From the NCBI GenBank assembly GCA_963696405.1, contig CAVOJY010000003.1:66407-130406 (forward strand): a stretch of 64,000 bases of DNA, in the 5' to 3' direction. Of this stretch, positions 27,032 through 34,692 are shown one piece after another (the stretch's first letter is position 1; the number at the start of each line of letters is the position of its first letter). Origin of the DNA: an uncultured Chloroflexia bacterium. Lineage in GTDB: Bacteria > Chloroflexota > Limnocylindria > Limnocylindrales > CSP1-4. The notes under the pieces were generated by a model. That model did no database searches, was not told the origin of the DNA, and worked only from the letters and a program-made list of their open reading frames with translations. A program made the translations under genes and the position numbers.

Positions 27032-27149
27032 TCGGCTACCTCGGTCGAAGTCCTTGTGTCGTCGCCGAATCGTTGCGGGCGACCGTCCGCCGGACGGCCG
27101 CCCGCGGATCAGCCTGCCGAGCAGGCCCTCGAGGTCGTCTGGATCGTCG

Positions 27150-27638
27150 TCAGACGGTCCAAGTGGTGAGGATGAGGGCGCCGTGCCGCCACTTCTCGAT
27201 CGTGAGGTCGAGAAGATCGAGCGGGTTCATCGGCTTGATGCCCGGGATCATGTCCTCTTCGCGGTGACCGTAGAGCATGCCCATCGCGAATCGGCACGCA
27301 TAGATCGGCGTGCCTTCCTTCATGATGGTCATGAGCTGGCGGTTCATCGCGAGGGCTCCGGGGAACCCTTCCTGGCCGACAGCCGGCCAGCCGCGAGACC
27401 CCGACCCGAGCAGGACGCCCGGCCCGAAGAGGGACATCGCGGTCTCGAAGCCCTTCCTCTTGAGGCGCGTCGTGGTGAGCATGTTGATGAGCGCCACCGA
27501 ACCCTCGTAGGGGACGGTGTGGATCGCCACGTAGGCATGCTCGCCAGGGTTCGCCTTGTAGTCGGGGAACAGCTTCTCCTCGATGTTGTAGAGGATCTGC
27601 CCTTCCTGCGGGATCGGGATCGTCACTCGATCAGCCAT
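27150..27638 (-). CDS. MSMEG_0572/Sll0783-family (nitrogen-starvation response) protein candidate
   Basis: 162 aa. Size and position (immediately upstream of the radical SAM gene) match the first gene of Nit1C/Sll0783 clusters. GGAGGAG SD. Sequence identity to the family not verified. Confidence 0.55.
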   Translation of the reverse strand: MADRVTIPIPQEGQILYNIEEKLFPDYKANPGEHAYVAIHTVPYEGSVALINMLTTTRLKRKGFETAMSLFGPGVLLGSGSRGWPAVGQEGFPGALAMNRQLMTIMKEGTPIYACRFAMGMLYGHREEDMIPGIKPMNPLDLLDLTIEKWRHGALILTTWTV

Positions 27639-27780
27639 TGAGTGCTCTCCTCCAGTTCATGGTGGACTGGTCTGGTGTTTGCAGGGCCTCCTCGCGAGGG
27701 TCACGAGTCCGGCGGTTCCCATGGCACCCGCGGATTGGACCTGCGGAGCAGCGCAGACTACTACGCCCGGACGCGGATTG

Positions 27781-28671
27781 CTACTTCTTGTCGCGCCCGC
27801 AGCTGTCGTAGAGATCGACGGCGTTCTGGTAGAAGATGCGGTCCTTCAGCTCGTCGCTGATGTCGGCACCCTCGATGCGGTAGTACTCCGCCCAGAAGTC
27901 GCTCCACGGGGTGTCGGACGCGAAGAGCATCCGATCCCACGCCTTGCCGGACTCCTGGAGCCGGCTGAGCATCATGCGCGGCCCGAAGCCGACGCTCCAG
28001 GTCATGTCGCCGTAGATCTTGTAGCCCTGGTCGACATAGTCGAGGAACTTTGGGATCCACTTGAGGTGGCCGGACGTGCCGCCGCCCATGTGGACGACGT
28101 AGATCCGGATGCGCTTCCCGTAGGCCTGGATGAACTCCATGAGGTTGGAGATATCAGACCCGCCGGCGGGGCTGGTGTGCATGTGGAAGACGAGGTTGTT
28201 CGCCTCCACGGTGTCGACCAGCTCTTCCCACATCTTCTTGGTGTCCTCGTCCCACTCGGACACCTTGTAGGTGCCGCCCAGCAGGCAGGTGATCTTGAGG
28301 GCCTTGACGCCCTTGTCACCGGCATGCTTGACGGCCTCGCGGTTCTGGTCCCACATCTTGAGGAGCGGAGACGTCCAGATCGCTCCCACGAAGCGGTCGT
28401 CGTGCTCGCACGCGTCGACGACCACGGGATTCAACCCGAAGGGCTGCTCAGGCACCGGCTGACCGTAGTCAGAGATGACCATCTGGCGCTCGACGCCGAT
28501 ATGGTCCATGTGCTTGAGCATGTCCTTGTAGGTCGGGTAGTGGATGACGGTTGGGTCGATCTCGATCGGCGACCCATAGTACTTCCAAGGCGCCATAGAC
28601 CCGATGTGGCTATGGGCATCGAAGCACCGGCGCGTCACCCGAAGAGTGCTCTCGTACGCCATTTTCAGCAC
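27781..28671 (-). CDS. Amidohydrolase-2 (TIM-barrel metal-dependent hydrolase) family protein
   Basis: CFDAHSHIG near the N-terminus (HxH metal motif), VFHMHT, VVHMGGG and FASDTPW. This is the pattern of PF04909-type amidohydrolases/decarboxylases. Confidence 0.8.
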   Translation of the reverse strand: MLKMAYESTLRVTRRCFDAHSHIGSMAPWKYYGSPIEIDPTVIHYPTYKDMLKHMDHIGVERQMVISDYGQPVPEQPFGLNPVVVDACEHDDRFVGAIWTSPLLKMWDQNREAVKHAGDKGVKALKITCLLGGTYKVSEWDEDTKKMWEELVDTVEANNLVFHMHTSPAGGSDISNLMEFIQAYGKRIRIYVVHMGGGTSGHLKWIPKFLDYVDQGYKIYGDMTWSVGFGPRMMLSRLQESGKAWDRMLFASDTPWSDFWAEYYRIEGADISDELKDRIFYQNAVDLYDSCGRDKK

Positions 28672-28969
28672 TTCCCTCTGATTCCACGGGACGCTTCCAA
28701 CGGTCGCCCGAAGGCGTCTCTTGTTCCTGCGGCTTGCTACACCTCCTGGCTTCCTGGGCCACGCGCGTCACCCGAGGGCGTGCCCCGAAAGAACGGACGC
28801 AACAACTTCAGCCACCCCACCGGGCGGCTCGTCCTACTGTGACTCGGTCCAGCCCGCCGGGCGAGGGCCATATGGCACTTGCGCGGCGGTGGTAGGCAGC
28901 CCGGGCAGCCACAACTGCACCGCACGGATGGTGTACCCGGAACCCTGCCACAATCAGGGTTGGGCCGCG

Positions 28970-29710
28970 ATGGAGGCGCAAGGGACTCACAGCGTGAGGT
29001 CCATGGAGCAACGAGGCCACGCAACCCGCATCGGGCCGGAACCCTATGCGTCCTGGCGCAGGACAACGCTCGGTGCGATCACCGAAGCCATCGAGCAGCA
29101 GCTCATCCTCGATCTGGCGGGCGAACTGTCCCAGAGTCGCGTGCTGGACGCGGGTTGCGGGGACGGAGCTCTGGCCTGTGCCGTCGCTGCCCGAGGTGCA
29201 GAGGTCACGGGCCTGGATGCCGATCCCGCGATGTTGGCTGCCGCCCGCTCCCGGGCCGGGCAGCAGGGCCTGGCCGTCGTGTTCGCGGAGGGTCGCCTGG
29301 AGCGCCTGCCGTTCGCTGACGCATCGTTTGACCTCGTGGTGGCCATGACCGTCCTGTGCTTCGTGCCCGACGCCGGCGGCGCCGTGCACGAGATGACCCG
29401 CGTGCTGCGACCGGGCGGCCGCCTTGTGATCGGTGAACTCGGGCGCCGAAGTGTCTGGGCAACGCTGCGACGGGTTCGCGGCCGGCTCGGGTCGCCCACC
29501 TGGAAGCGGGCCCGCTTCCGCACCGCCTCCGAGCTCCGGGCGCTGATGAGCGAGGCGGGGATCGAGGTCGAGGCGATGCGTGGCGCCGCCTTCTACCCGC
29601 CGATTGGACTGATCGCTCGCCTCTTGGCTCCGGCAGATCCGTGGCTGGGTCGGCACACCACTGCGGGTGCCGCTTTTCTCGCCGCCGCCGGAACGAAGCC
29701 GGGCGAGTGA
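28970..29710 (+). CDS. Class I SAM-dependent methyltransferase
   Basis: Motif I VLDAGCGDGALA, post-I GLDADPAML, and LVVAMTVLCFVPD...LRPGGRLVI. Start ambiguous (ATG at 28928, 28970 or 29003). Confidence 0.8.
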   Translation: MEAQGTHSVRSMEQRGHATRIGPEPYASWRRTTLGAITEAIEQQLILDLAGELSQSRVLDAGCGDGALACAVAARGAEVTGLDADPAMLAAARSRAGQQGLAVVFAEGRLERLPFADASFDLVVAMTVLCFVPDAGGAVHEMTRVLRPGGRLVIGELGRRSVWATLRRVRGRLGSPTWKRARFRTASELRALMSEAGIEVEAMRGAAFYPPIGLIARLLAPADPWLGRHTTAGAAFLAAAGTKPGE

Positions 29711-29872
29711 CGCTGGCCGTCGGCGTCTCGTTGGGATCAGCCTCACCAACCGGAGCACGACTGGCTCTACGTGGCGATCACCGGCACCGTCCTCACGATC
29801 CTCCTCGTGAGCCTCTTCGCCGTCCGCTGACAGCGCAACCGGCGCGGCCGAGTCTCGTACAGTTCCGCAGCG

Positions 29873-30918
29873 TCAGATGCTGTTCCTTGCGCCGTGGCGG
29901 GCCGGGAGCGCGTAGAACAGTTGCCCGCGGTGCTCGAGAACGACGGCTTGCCCGGTGCTGACGAGCCGGTCGACGACCGACCAGTCGGTGTTCGCCCGGG
30001 CGAGGTACTCGCGTACCGCCGCCTCGCGCATGGGGTGCACGGCGATGATCGCGAGTAGCCCGCTTGCGGCGTCCTCGCCTGCCGCGAATGCGCCGGCTTC
30101 ATTCTCGACGAGCAGGCCTATCCTCAAACCGGCGTCGCTGAAGATCCGCCGCGCACGTTCGAGCGTGGCCGCCGGAGGCACGCGCACGTCCGACTCCGCG
30201 GGCGGGCGGATCGGCGCACTGATGTACGCGGTCGCGGGCCTGAGCGCGGATAGGTAGCTCGCCGTTGCCCGCAACGACCGGTCATCATCGTTGACGCCGG
30301 CCACCAGCATCGTCTCGCTCACGAGCATCGCGTTGCGGTTCGCCGCGAACAACGAGACGCCATCGAGGACCCGACCGAGGTCCAGGCTGCGCGCCGGCCG
30401 GTTGATACGCCGCCAGGCCTCCAGCTCCACGGCGTCGACCTTGACCGAGACCCAGTCGGCAGCAGCAAGATCGGCTCGGACGTCGTCGCGCCACAGCAGC
30501 GAGCCGTTCGTGATGACGGCCACCCGGACCTGCAGCGCCTTCACCCCGCGGATCTCGTCCCCGAGGGCACGTCGAGGGTGGGCTCCCCGTCCGGCACGAA
30601 GCTCGCGTAGTCAACCTGCTCGCCGGCATCCCGGCATGCCTCCAGCCTGGCCTCCACCGCGGCGATGACCTCCCCTGGGGGGAAGAAGGACCGACGTTCA
30701 GCGGACAGATGGTCCGTGCGCCCGGCCTGGCAGTAGACGCACGAGTACGAGCACGACTTCGGTGGAATGTTGTTGATGCCCAGGCTCCGGCCCAGCCGAC
30801 GTGAGGGAACCGGGCCGAACACGATGTCCGGCCCGGTTCCCGACCGCGACGCCGCCGCGCCGGGCGATGGAGGAGAGCAATTCGGTTCCTCCGGCCTCGC
30901 CACGTCGGCGGTCAACAC
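29873..30918 (-). pseudogene. Radical SAM protein (CX3CX2C), split by a 1-nt frameshift (or a sequencing error)
   Basis: The N-terminal part GPVPSRRLGRSLGINNIPPKSCSYSCVYCQ...FVPDGEPTLDV then hits a stop. My retranslation in the other frame continues LGDEIRGVKALQVRVAVITNGSLLW. This is the expected GEPTL...ITNG continuation of one ~340-aa protein. Shift at about 30559-30572. Confidence 0.75.
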
Positions 30919-30950
30919 GTCGGCTCCCCGGTCACGGGCGGGTGCGAGGG

Positions 30951-31382
30951 TCAGCCGGGCCCGTGCCGCCCCGGCCCCATCCCCGACGGCACGTGCACCA
31001 GCTCGGGACGGTGCGCCAGGCGTCCGGCCAGCCAGTCGGCGACGGCCTCGTCGATCAGGCGGGGGCGGGTGGCGATGACCGTGATGCCGGCGGCAGCCAG
31101 GTTCGCCTGCGCGCCCTGTCCGATGCCGCCGACGATGATGGCCTCGCAGTCTGAGCAGGCTCCCAGCATCATCTCGTGACGGCGCGGGCCGTCGGCGGGT
31201 GGATGCTCGCGGTCCCGCGAAACCCCTTCCGCGGCGATGAACATGGAGTGGTTCGCCTTGGGGCGGATCTCCCTCGACGTCTCGCGCCCACTTTCGATGG
31301 TCACGACCGCGAAGGAGCGGGCCCGTCCGAAATGCTGGCTGATGAGGCGGCCGTCATCAGTCGCGAACGCGATCTTCCTCAT
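30951..31382 (-). CDS. NifB/NifX-family (dinitrogenase Fe-Mo cofactor biosynthesis domain) protein
   Basis: MRKIAFATDDGRLISQHFGRARSFAVVTIESG...CEAIIVGGIGQGAQANLAAAGI. Typical PF02579 pattern. ATGA overlap with padR. Confidence 0.75.
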   Translation of the reverse strand: MRKIAFATDDGRLISQHFGRARSFAVVTIESGRETSREIRPKANHSMFIAAEGVSRDREHPPADGPRRHEMMLGACSDCEAIIVGGIGQGAQANLAAAGITVIATRPRLIDEAVADWLAGRLAHRPELVHVPSGMGPGRHGPG

Positions 31383-31819
31383 GGGACTTCCGTTACCTCC
31401 GTGGTCGGCTCCACCCGCTCTCGCGAAGCCTCGCGCTCGGCGGCTTCCGCGAAGCGCCCCAGGAACTCGACCGAGAGCCGCTGCCGTTCGTCCATCACGG
31501 CGGCCCACTCCTCGAGGGCCGACCACCCGGCAGCCGTCAACCGGTACTCCCGCCGAGCGGGCCCGCTGCCGTCGGTCGCCCACGCGGAGGCCACCAATTC
31601 CTCACTTTCGAGGTTGCGAAGCACGCGATAAACCTGGCCGACATCGAGCTCGGGCCCGGAGACACCCATTGACTCGAGACCGGCCGTGATCCCGTACCCA
31701 TGGGTCACCCCCTCCGAGACGAGGAGCAGGACGAACGGCTCCAGCCAACGCCGTCGTCCGTTGCCCGGGTACCGCCAGCCCTGGCGGCGCGGTTCACGAC
31801 CAACCGGAGCTTTATACAT
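31379..31819 (-). CDS. PadR family transcriptional regulator
   Basis: LEPFVLLLVSEGVTHGYGI...VYRVLRNLESEELV...REYRLTAAG. PadR winged helix. Confidence 0.85.
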   Translation of the reverse strand: MYKAPVGREPRRQGWRYPGNGRRRWLEPFVLLLVSEGVTHGYGITAGLESMGVSGPELDVGQVYRVLRNLESEELVASAWATDGSGPARREYRLTAAGWSALEEWAAVMDERQRLSVEFLGRFAEAAEREASRERVEPTTEVTEVP

Positions 31820-31820
31820 G

Positions 31821-31835
31821 CCTATAGCATATAGG
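31821..31835. promoter_or_regulatory. Perfect 6-3-6 palindrome CCTATA-GCA-TATAGG abutting the padR start codon (candidate PadR operator)
   Basis: Read directly. Located in an AT-rich patch in the padR / 31905-gene divergent intergenic region. Confidence 0.4.
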
Positions 31836-31904
31836 TGCTAAGATGAACGTGCAAGCCGGGCCTTCGGGCGTTTCGCAAGCCCGGCGGCACAGGAGGCTGG
31901 AGCC

Positions 31905-32204
31905 ATGGCTGTCGCGAAGATCCTCAGCGCAGCTGACGTGGAGAGAGTGGCACGGCTGCATCACGTCGATCTCTGGCACGAGCACTTCGCGCTCGACGAG
32001 TTCCGGGCGGGTGTGAACGCCGAGATCCAGCGCAGCGGCGGACCCCCGGTCACCGAGGAGCAGTGCTCCAGGATCGCCCGCACCGTGCTGGAACACCTCC
32101 GCAAGGCGCCTCACTACTACCACCAGGAAGTAGAGCGGGAGCACCCGCGGGACGAGGGCTACCCAACGGAGTTCGGCCCGCTGGGGAATCGACCCGACTG
32201 GTAG
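31905..32204 (+). CDS. Small hypothetical protein (DUF5661-like by resemblance)
   Basis: 99 aa, AGGAGG SD 11 nt upstream. LDEFRAGVNAEI...IARTVLEHLRKAPHYYHQEVERE resembles the DUF5661 pattern (EH...HL.E.p.YY). Not verified. Confidence 0.45.
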   Translation: MAVAKILSAADVERVARLHHVDLWHEHFALDEFRAGVNAEIQRSGGPPVTEEQCSRIARTVLEHLRKAPHYYHQEVEREHPRDEGYPTEFGPLGNRPDW

Positions 32205-32297
32205 GGCGGCGGGTTCACCGCGGCACGGTCCGGTCGCGCCACGGTGGTGGCCCAGTGGGCGCGGACCCGAGCCGGGCTGCCGACGGAGGGGTGCAAG

Positions 32298-32621
32298 ATG
32301 AGCTGCTGGCATGGTCATGACTGTGGGTGCGGGGGTCCTGGGCCGCGGGACTCATGGTTTGAAGCGGATCCGCAGGGATGGTGGTACCCGCGAGGCTCGC
32401 CCCGCCGGTCCATTCTCGCCTTGCGCCCAGACGCGACAGCCGCGTCGCTCGAGGCCTACCTGGAAGAGCTTCGGGCTGAGGCCCACGAAGTGGACGAGAG
32501 GCTCCACGCCCTGCGCCGCGCGGCAGCGGGTCACTCGCCACGTCGGACCCAGATGCCCGGTGGACCGCCGCCACCGGTGTCTGACACCGCGGCCGATCCA
32601 GAGGCCGTTGAGCGCCGATAG
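32298..32621 (+). CDS. Small Cys/His/Gly/Trp-rich protein with C-terminal coiled coil (DUF5320-like by resemblance)
   Basis: Start at ATG 32298 with GGAGG 8 nt upstream. MSCWHGHDCGCGGPGP...GWWYPRG... then LEAYLEELRAEAHEVDERLHALRR. Confidence 0.45.
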   Translation: MSCWHGHDCGCGGPGPRDSWFEADPQGWWYPRGSPRRSILALRPDATAASLEAYLEELRAEAHEVDERLHALRRAAAGHSPRRTQMPGGPPPPVSDTAADPEAVERR

Positions 32622-33024
32622 ATAGTCCGCCAAGACGAGGGATGCGATCGGCGGCGCGGCCGTCGGTGGCGCGGTGCGTCGGCCGTCGAGGCGCGGCGCC
32701 CGCCTTTCGTGTCGTACGCAAATCCCCGTCGCGTTGGCCGCCCCGGCGGTGGTCAGCACAGGCCCGGGGGGCCCCAGGGTCCGGCTTGGACGTCCCTACC
32801 CACGCTCGGGCCGGGACATCGGGCCACGGTCAGGGATGCCTTGTCGGTGGTCCAGCCCGATCGTTCCCGGCCAGAACTACGGGGGTTTGCGTATGTCCTG
32901 GTCGGTCTCCCGTCGCCGGGCAGCCCAGGCCCCGGGTCGGTCGCCGGCGACTTCACCCTCGACCAGTTCCTCGCCTCGCCGGGGATCGATGCGTGACGGC
33001 CGACGCCGGACGAAGTGAACGGAC

Positions 33025-33052
33025 TTGACAGGCGTTCCTGATATAGCATAAT
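33025..33052 (+). promoter_or_regulatory. Candidate sigma-70-type promoter of the BMC operon (TTGACA-N16-CATAAT)
   Basis: TTGACA at 33025-33030 and CATAAT at 33047-33052, inside a conspicuous AT-rich patch (gatatagcataatgacataacattcc) about 75 nt upstream of rpiB. Confidence 0.35.
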
Positions 33053-33127
33053 GACATAACATTCCTACTGGTCGGCTGGCACACGAAGCGCCGCCGGCGA
33101 GAAGCGGAGACGCGAGAGCACGGAAAG

Positions 33128-33796
33128 ATGGGCACGGAACGACCAGGTACGCGACCGGACGAGGATGAGATCAGGGCGCTCGTCGCCAGGATGGTGGCGG
33201 GCGTTGTCGGTGCGTCTCCGTCGCCGCTCGGCGTCGCTGCCGGTGTCGGCGCCACTGCCGACGTTCGGTTGGGCGAAGGTGCCGCCAAGGTCCCCGCGGC
33301 CGCCGGTGGGGGCGTGATGCCGACGTCCACGGCCGGCCGTTCTGTTGCCATCGGCGCCGACCACGGCGGGTACGTCCTCAAGGAGCGGCTGGCGGAGTGG
33401 CTCCGGTCGAAGGGATGGGACGTCCGGGACTGCGGGACCCGCAGCGCCGACCCGGTCGACTACCCGGACGTCGCACACGCCGTGGCCATGCTCGTGGCAG
33501 GCGGCGTCTGCGCGAACGGGATCGTGATCGACGGGGCTGGGATCGGCTCCTGCATGGTTGCCAACAAGGTCCCCGGCGTGCGGGCCGCCCTCTGCTACGA
33601 CCTTTCGTCGGCGCGCAACAGCCGCGAGCACAACCACGCGAACGTCCTGACGCTCGGTGCGCGACTCATCGGCGATGGTCTTGCGCAGGAGATCGTTGAG
33701 ACATGGCTCGCCACGCCGTGGGGCGAGGGACGTCATGCCGCGCGCGTGGCGAAGATCGCCGACGTCGAGCGGCGCTACCTCAAGGGAGCAGGCTGA
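33128..33796 (+). CDS. rpiB: Ribose-5-phosphate isomerase B (RpiB/LacAB family) with ~65-aa N-terminal extension carrying an encapsulation-peptide-like helix
   Basis: Core SVAIGADHGGYVLKERL...GIVIDGAGIGSCMVANKVPGVRAALC...SREHNHANVLTLGARLIG. Extension DEDEIRALVARMVAGVV followed by an A/G/P linker. Confidence 0.85.
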   Translation: MGTERPGTRPDEDEIRALVARMVAGVVGASPSPLGVAAGVGATADVRLGEGAAKVPAAAGGGVMPTSTAGRSVAIGADHGGYVLKERLAEWLRSKGWDVRDCGTRSADPVDYPDVAHAVAMLVAGGVCANGIVIDGAGIGSCMVANKVPGVRAALCYDLSSARNSREHNHANVLTLGARLIGDGLAQEIVETWLATPWGEGRHAARVAKIADVERRYLKGAG

Positions 33797-34692
33797 TGGC
33801 GGTTGACACGAACGAGCTCATCGACCTCGTCACGCGCCGGGTGCTCGCCACCCTCGACGCGCCGGAGGGCGCGCCGGCGGACTGCGCAGGGTGCACCGGC
33901 TCCTGCGTGACCAGGTGCCCGGCACGGGTGGCCAGCGTGGTGTCGAGTGGCGCGTCCCGCCTCAGTTCGCGCGGCGACGCCGCGGCCACGCCCCGGCACC
34001 TCGCCCGCTTCATCGACCACACGCTGCTGAAGCCGGACGCCACCGCGACCGAGGTCGACCGCCTCTGTGACGAGGCAGGGGAGTACGGCTTCGCCGCGGT
34101 CTGCGTGAACCCGACGTGGGTGCGGCGCTGCGCAGACCGCCTCCGCGGGACCGACGTCGCCGTCGCGTCCGTGGTGGGCTTTCCGTTCGGGACGAGCGTG
34201 CCCGAGGTGAAGGCGATGGAAGCCCGCCGGGCGGTCCGGGACGGCGCTCGTGAGATCGACATGGTCATCAACATCGGCGCCCTCAAGAGCGGCGACCTCG
34301 CGCTGGTCCGGGAGGACATCGCGAAGGTGTCGGATGCCTGCCACGAGGCGGGCGCGCTCAACAAGGTGATCATCGAGGCCGCCCTCCTGACCGACGAGGA
34401 GAAGGTCGTCGCCTCCCGCCTCGCGCGGCAGGCCCGGGCGGACTACGTGAAAACCTCGACTGGGTACGCGTCCGGGGGCGCCACGGTCTATGACGTGGCC
34501 CTCATGCGCGAGGCAGTGGGACCCCACATGGGCATCAAGGCGGCCGGAGGGATCCGGTCCGCGGATGACGTGGAGAAGATGATCGCGGCCGGTGCGACGA
34601 GGATCGGCGCGTCGGCCGGGGTCAGGATCGTGACCGGTACGGCGGCTCCGGCCGGCGAGACCGGTGCGAAGGACGGGAAGGGAAGCGAGTGA
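33796..34692 (+). CDS. deoC: Deoxyribose-phosphate aldolase (DeoC family) with N-terminal encapsulation-peptide-like helix and Cys-rich linker
   Basis: Core [12 protein letters not shown]...AAVCVNP...VVGFPFG...IDMVINIG...VKTSTGY...IKAAGGIR (class I aldolase Lys in VKTSTG). N-terminus [20 protein letters not shown], then [16 protein letters not shown] overlaps the rpiB stop (TGATG). Confidence 0.9.
   Translation: MAVDTNELIDLVTRRVLATLDAPEGAPADCAGCTGSCVTRCPARVASVVSSGASRLSSRGDAAATPRHLARFIDHTLLKPDATATEVDRLCDEAGEYGFAAVCVNPTWVRRCADRLRGTDVAVASVVGFPFGTSVPEVKAMEARRAVRDGAREIDMVINIGALKSGDLALVREDIAKVSDACHEAGALNKVIIEAALLTDEEKVVASRLARQARADYVKTSTGYASGGATVYDVALMREAVGPHMGIKAAGGIRSADDVEKMIAAGATRIGASAGVRIVTGTAAPAGETGAKDGKGSE

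Noticed and set aside
27729-27780. 9-bp direct repeat cgcggattg (x2, 43 bp apart) flanking a ctgcg/cgcag hairpin between the amidohydrolase and Sll0783-like genes
   Set aside because: The repeats are short, the stem is only 5 bp, and there is no U-tract. This could easily arise by chance in GC-rich DNA, so I kept it only as a note.
28811-28870. ZTP (pfl)-riboswitch-like fragments (gtgactcgg ... cccgccgggcga)
   Set aside because: It only partly resembles the conserved GUGACUGGCG and CCGCCUGGGC boxes. The spacing is far too short for the P1-P2 domain plus linker, and the flanking genes are not purine/folate genes.
29711-29830. Short frame ending ...PEHDWLYVAITGTVLTILLVSLFAVR* (one TM helix) downstream of the methyltransferase
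   Set aside because: It has no plausible start codon except a GTG that would give about 20 aa, and no Shine-Dalgarno. It may be a remnant of a membrane-protein gene, but this cannot be supported from sequence alone.
32709-32996. 95-aa plus-strand ORF in the large intergenic gap
   Set aside because: It has no Shine-Dalgarno, G/P/R-rich composition, no motif, and an equally long ORF on the opposite strand.
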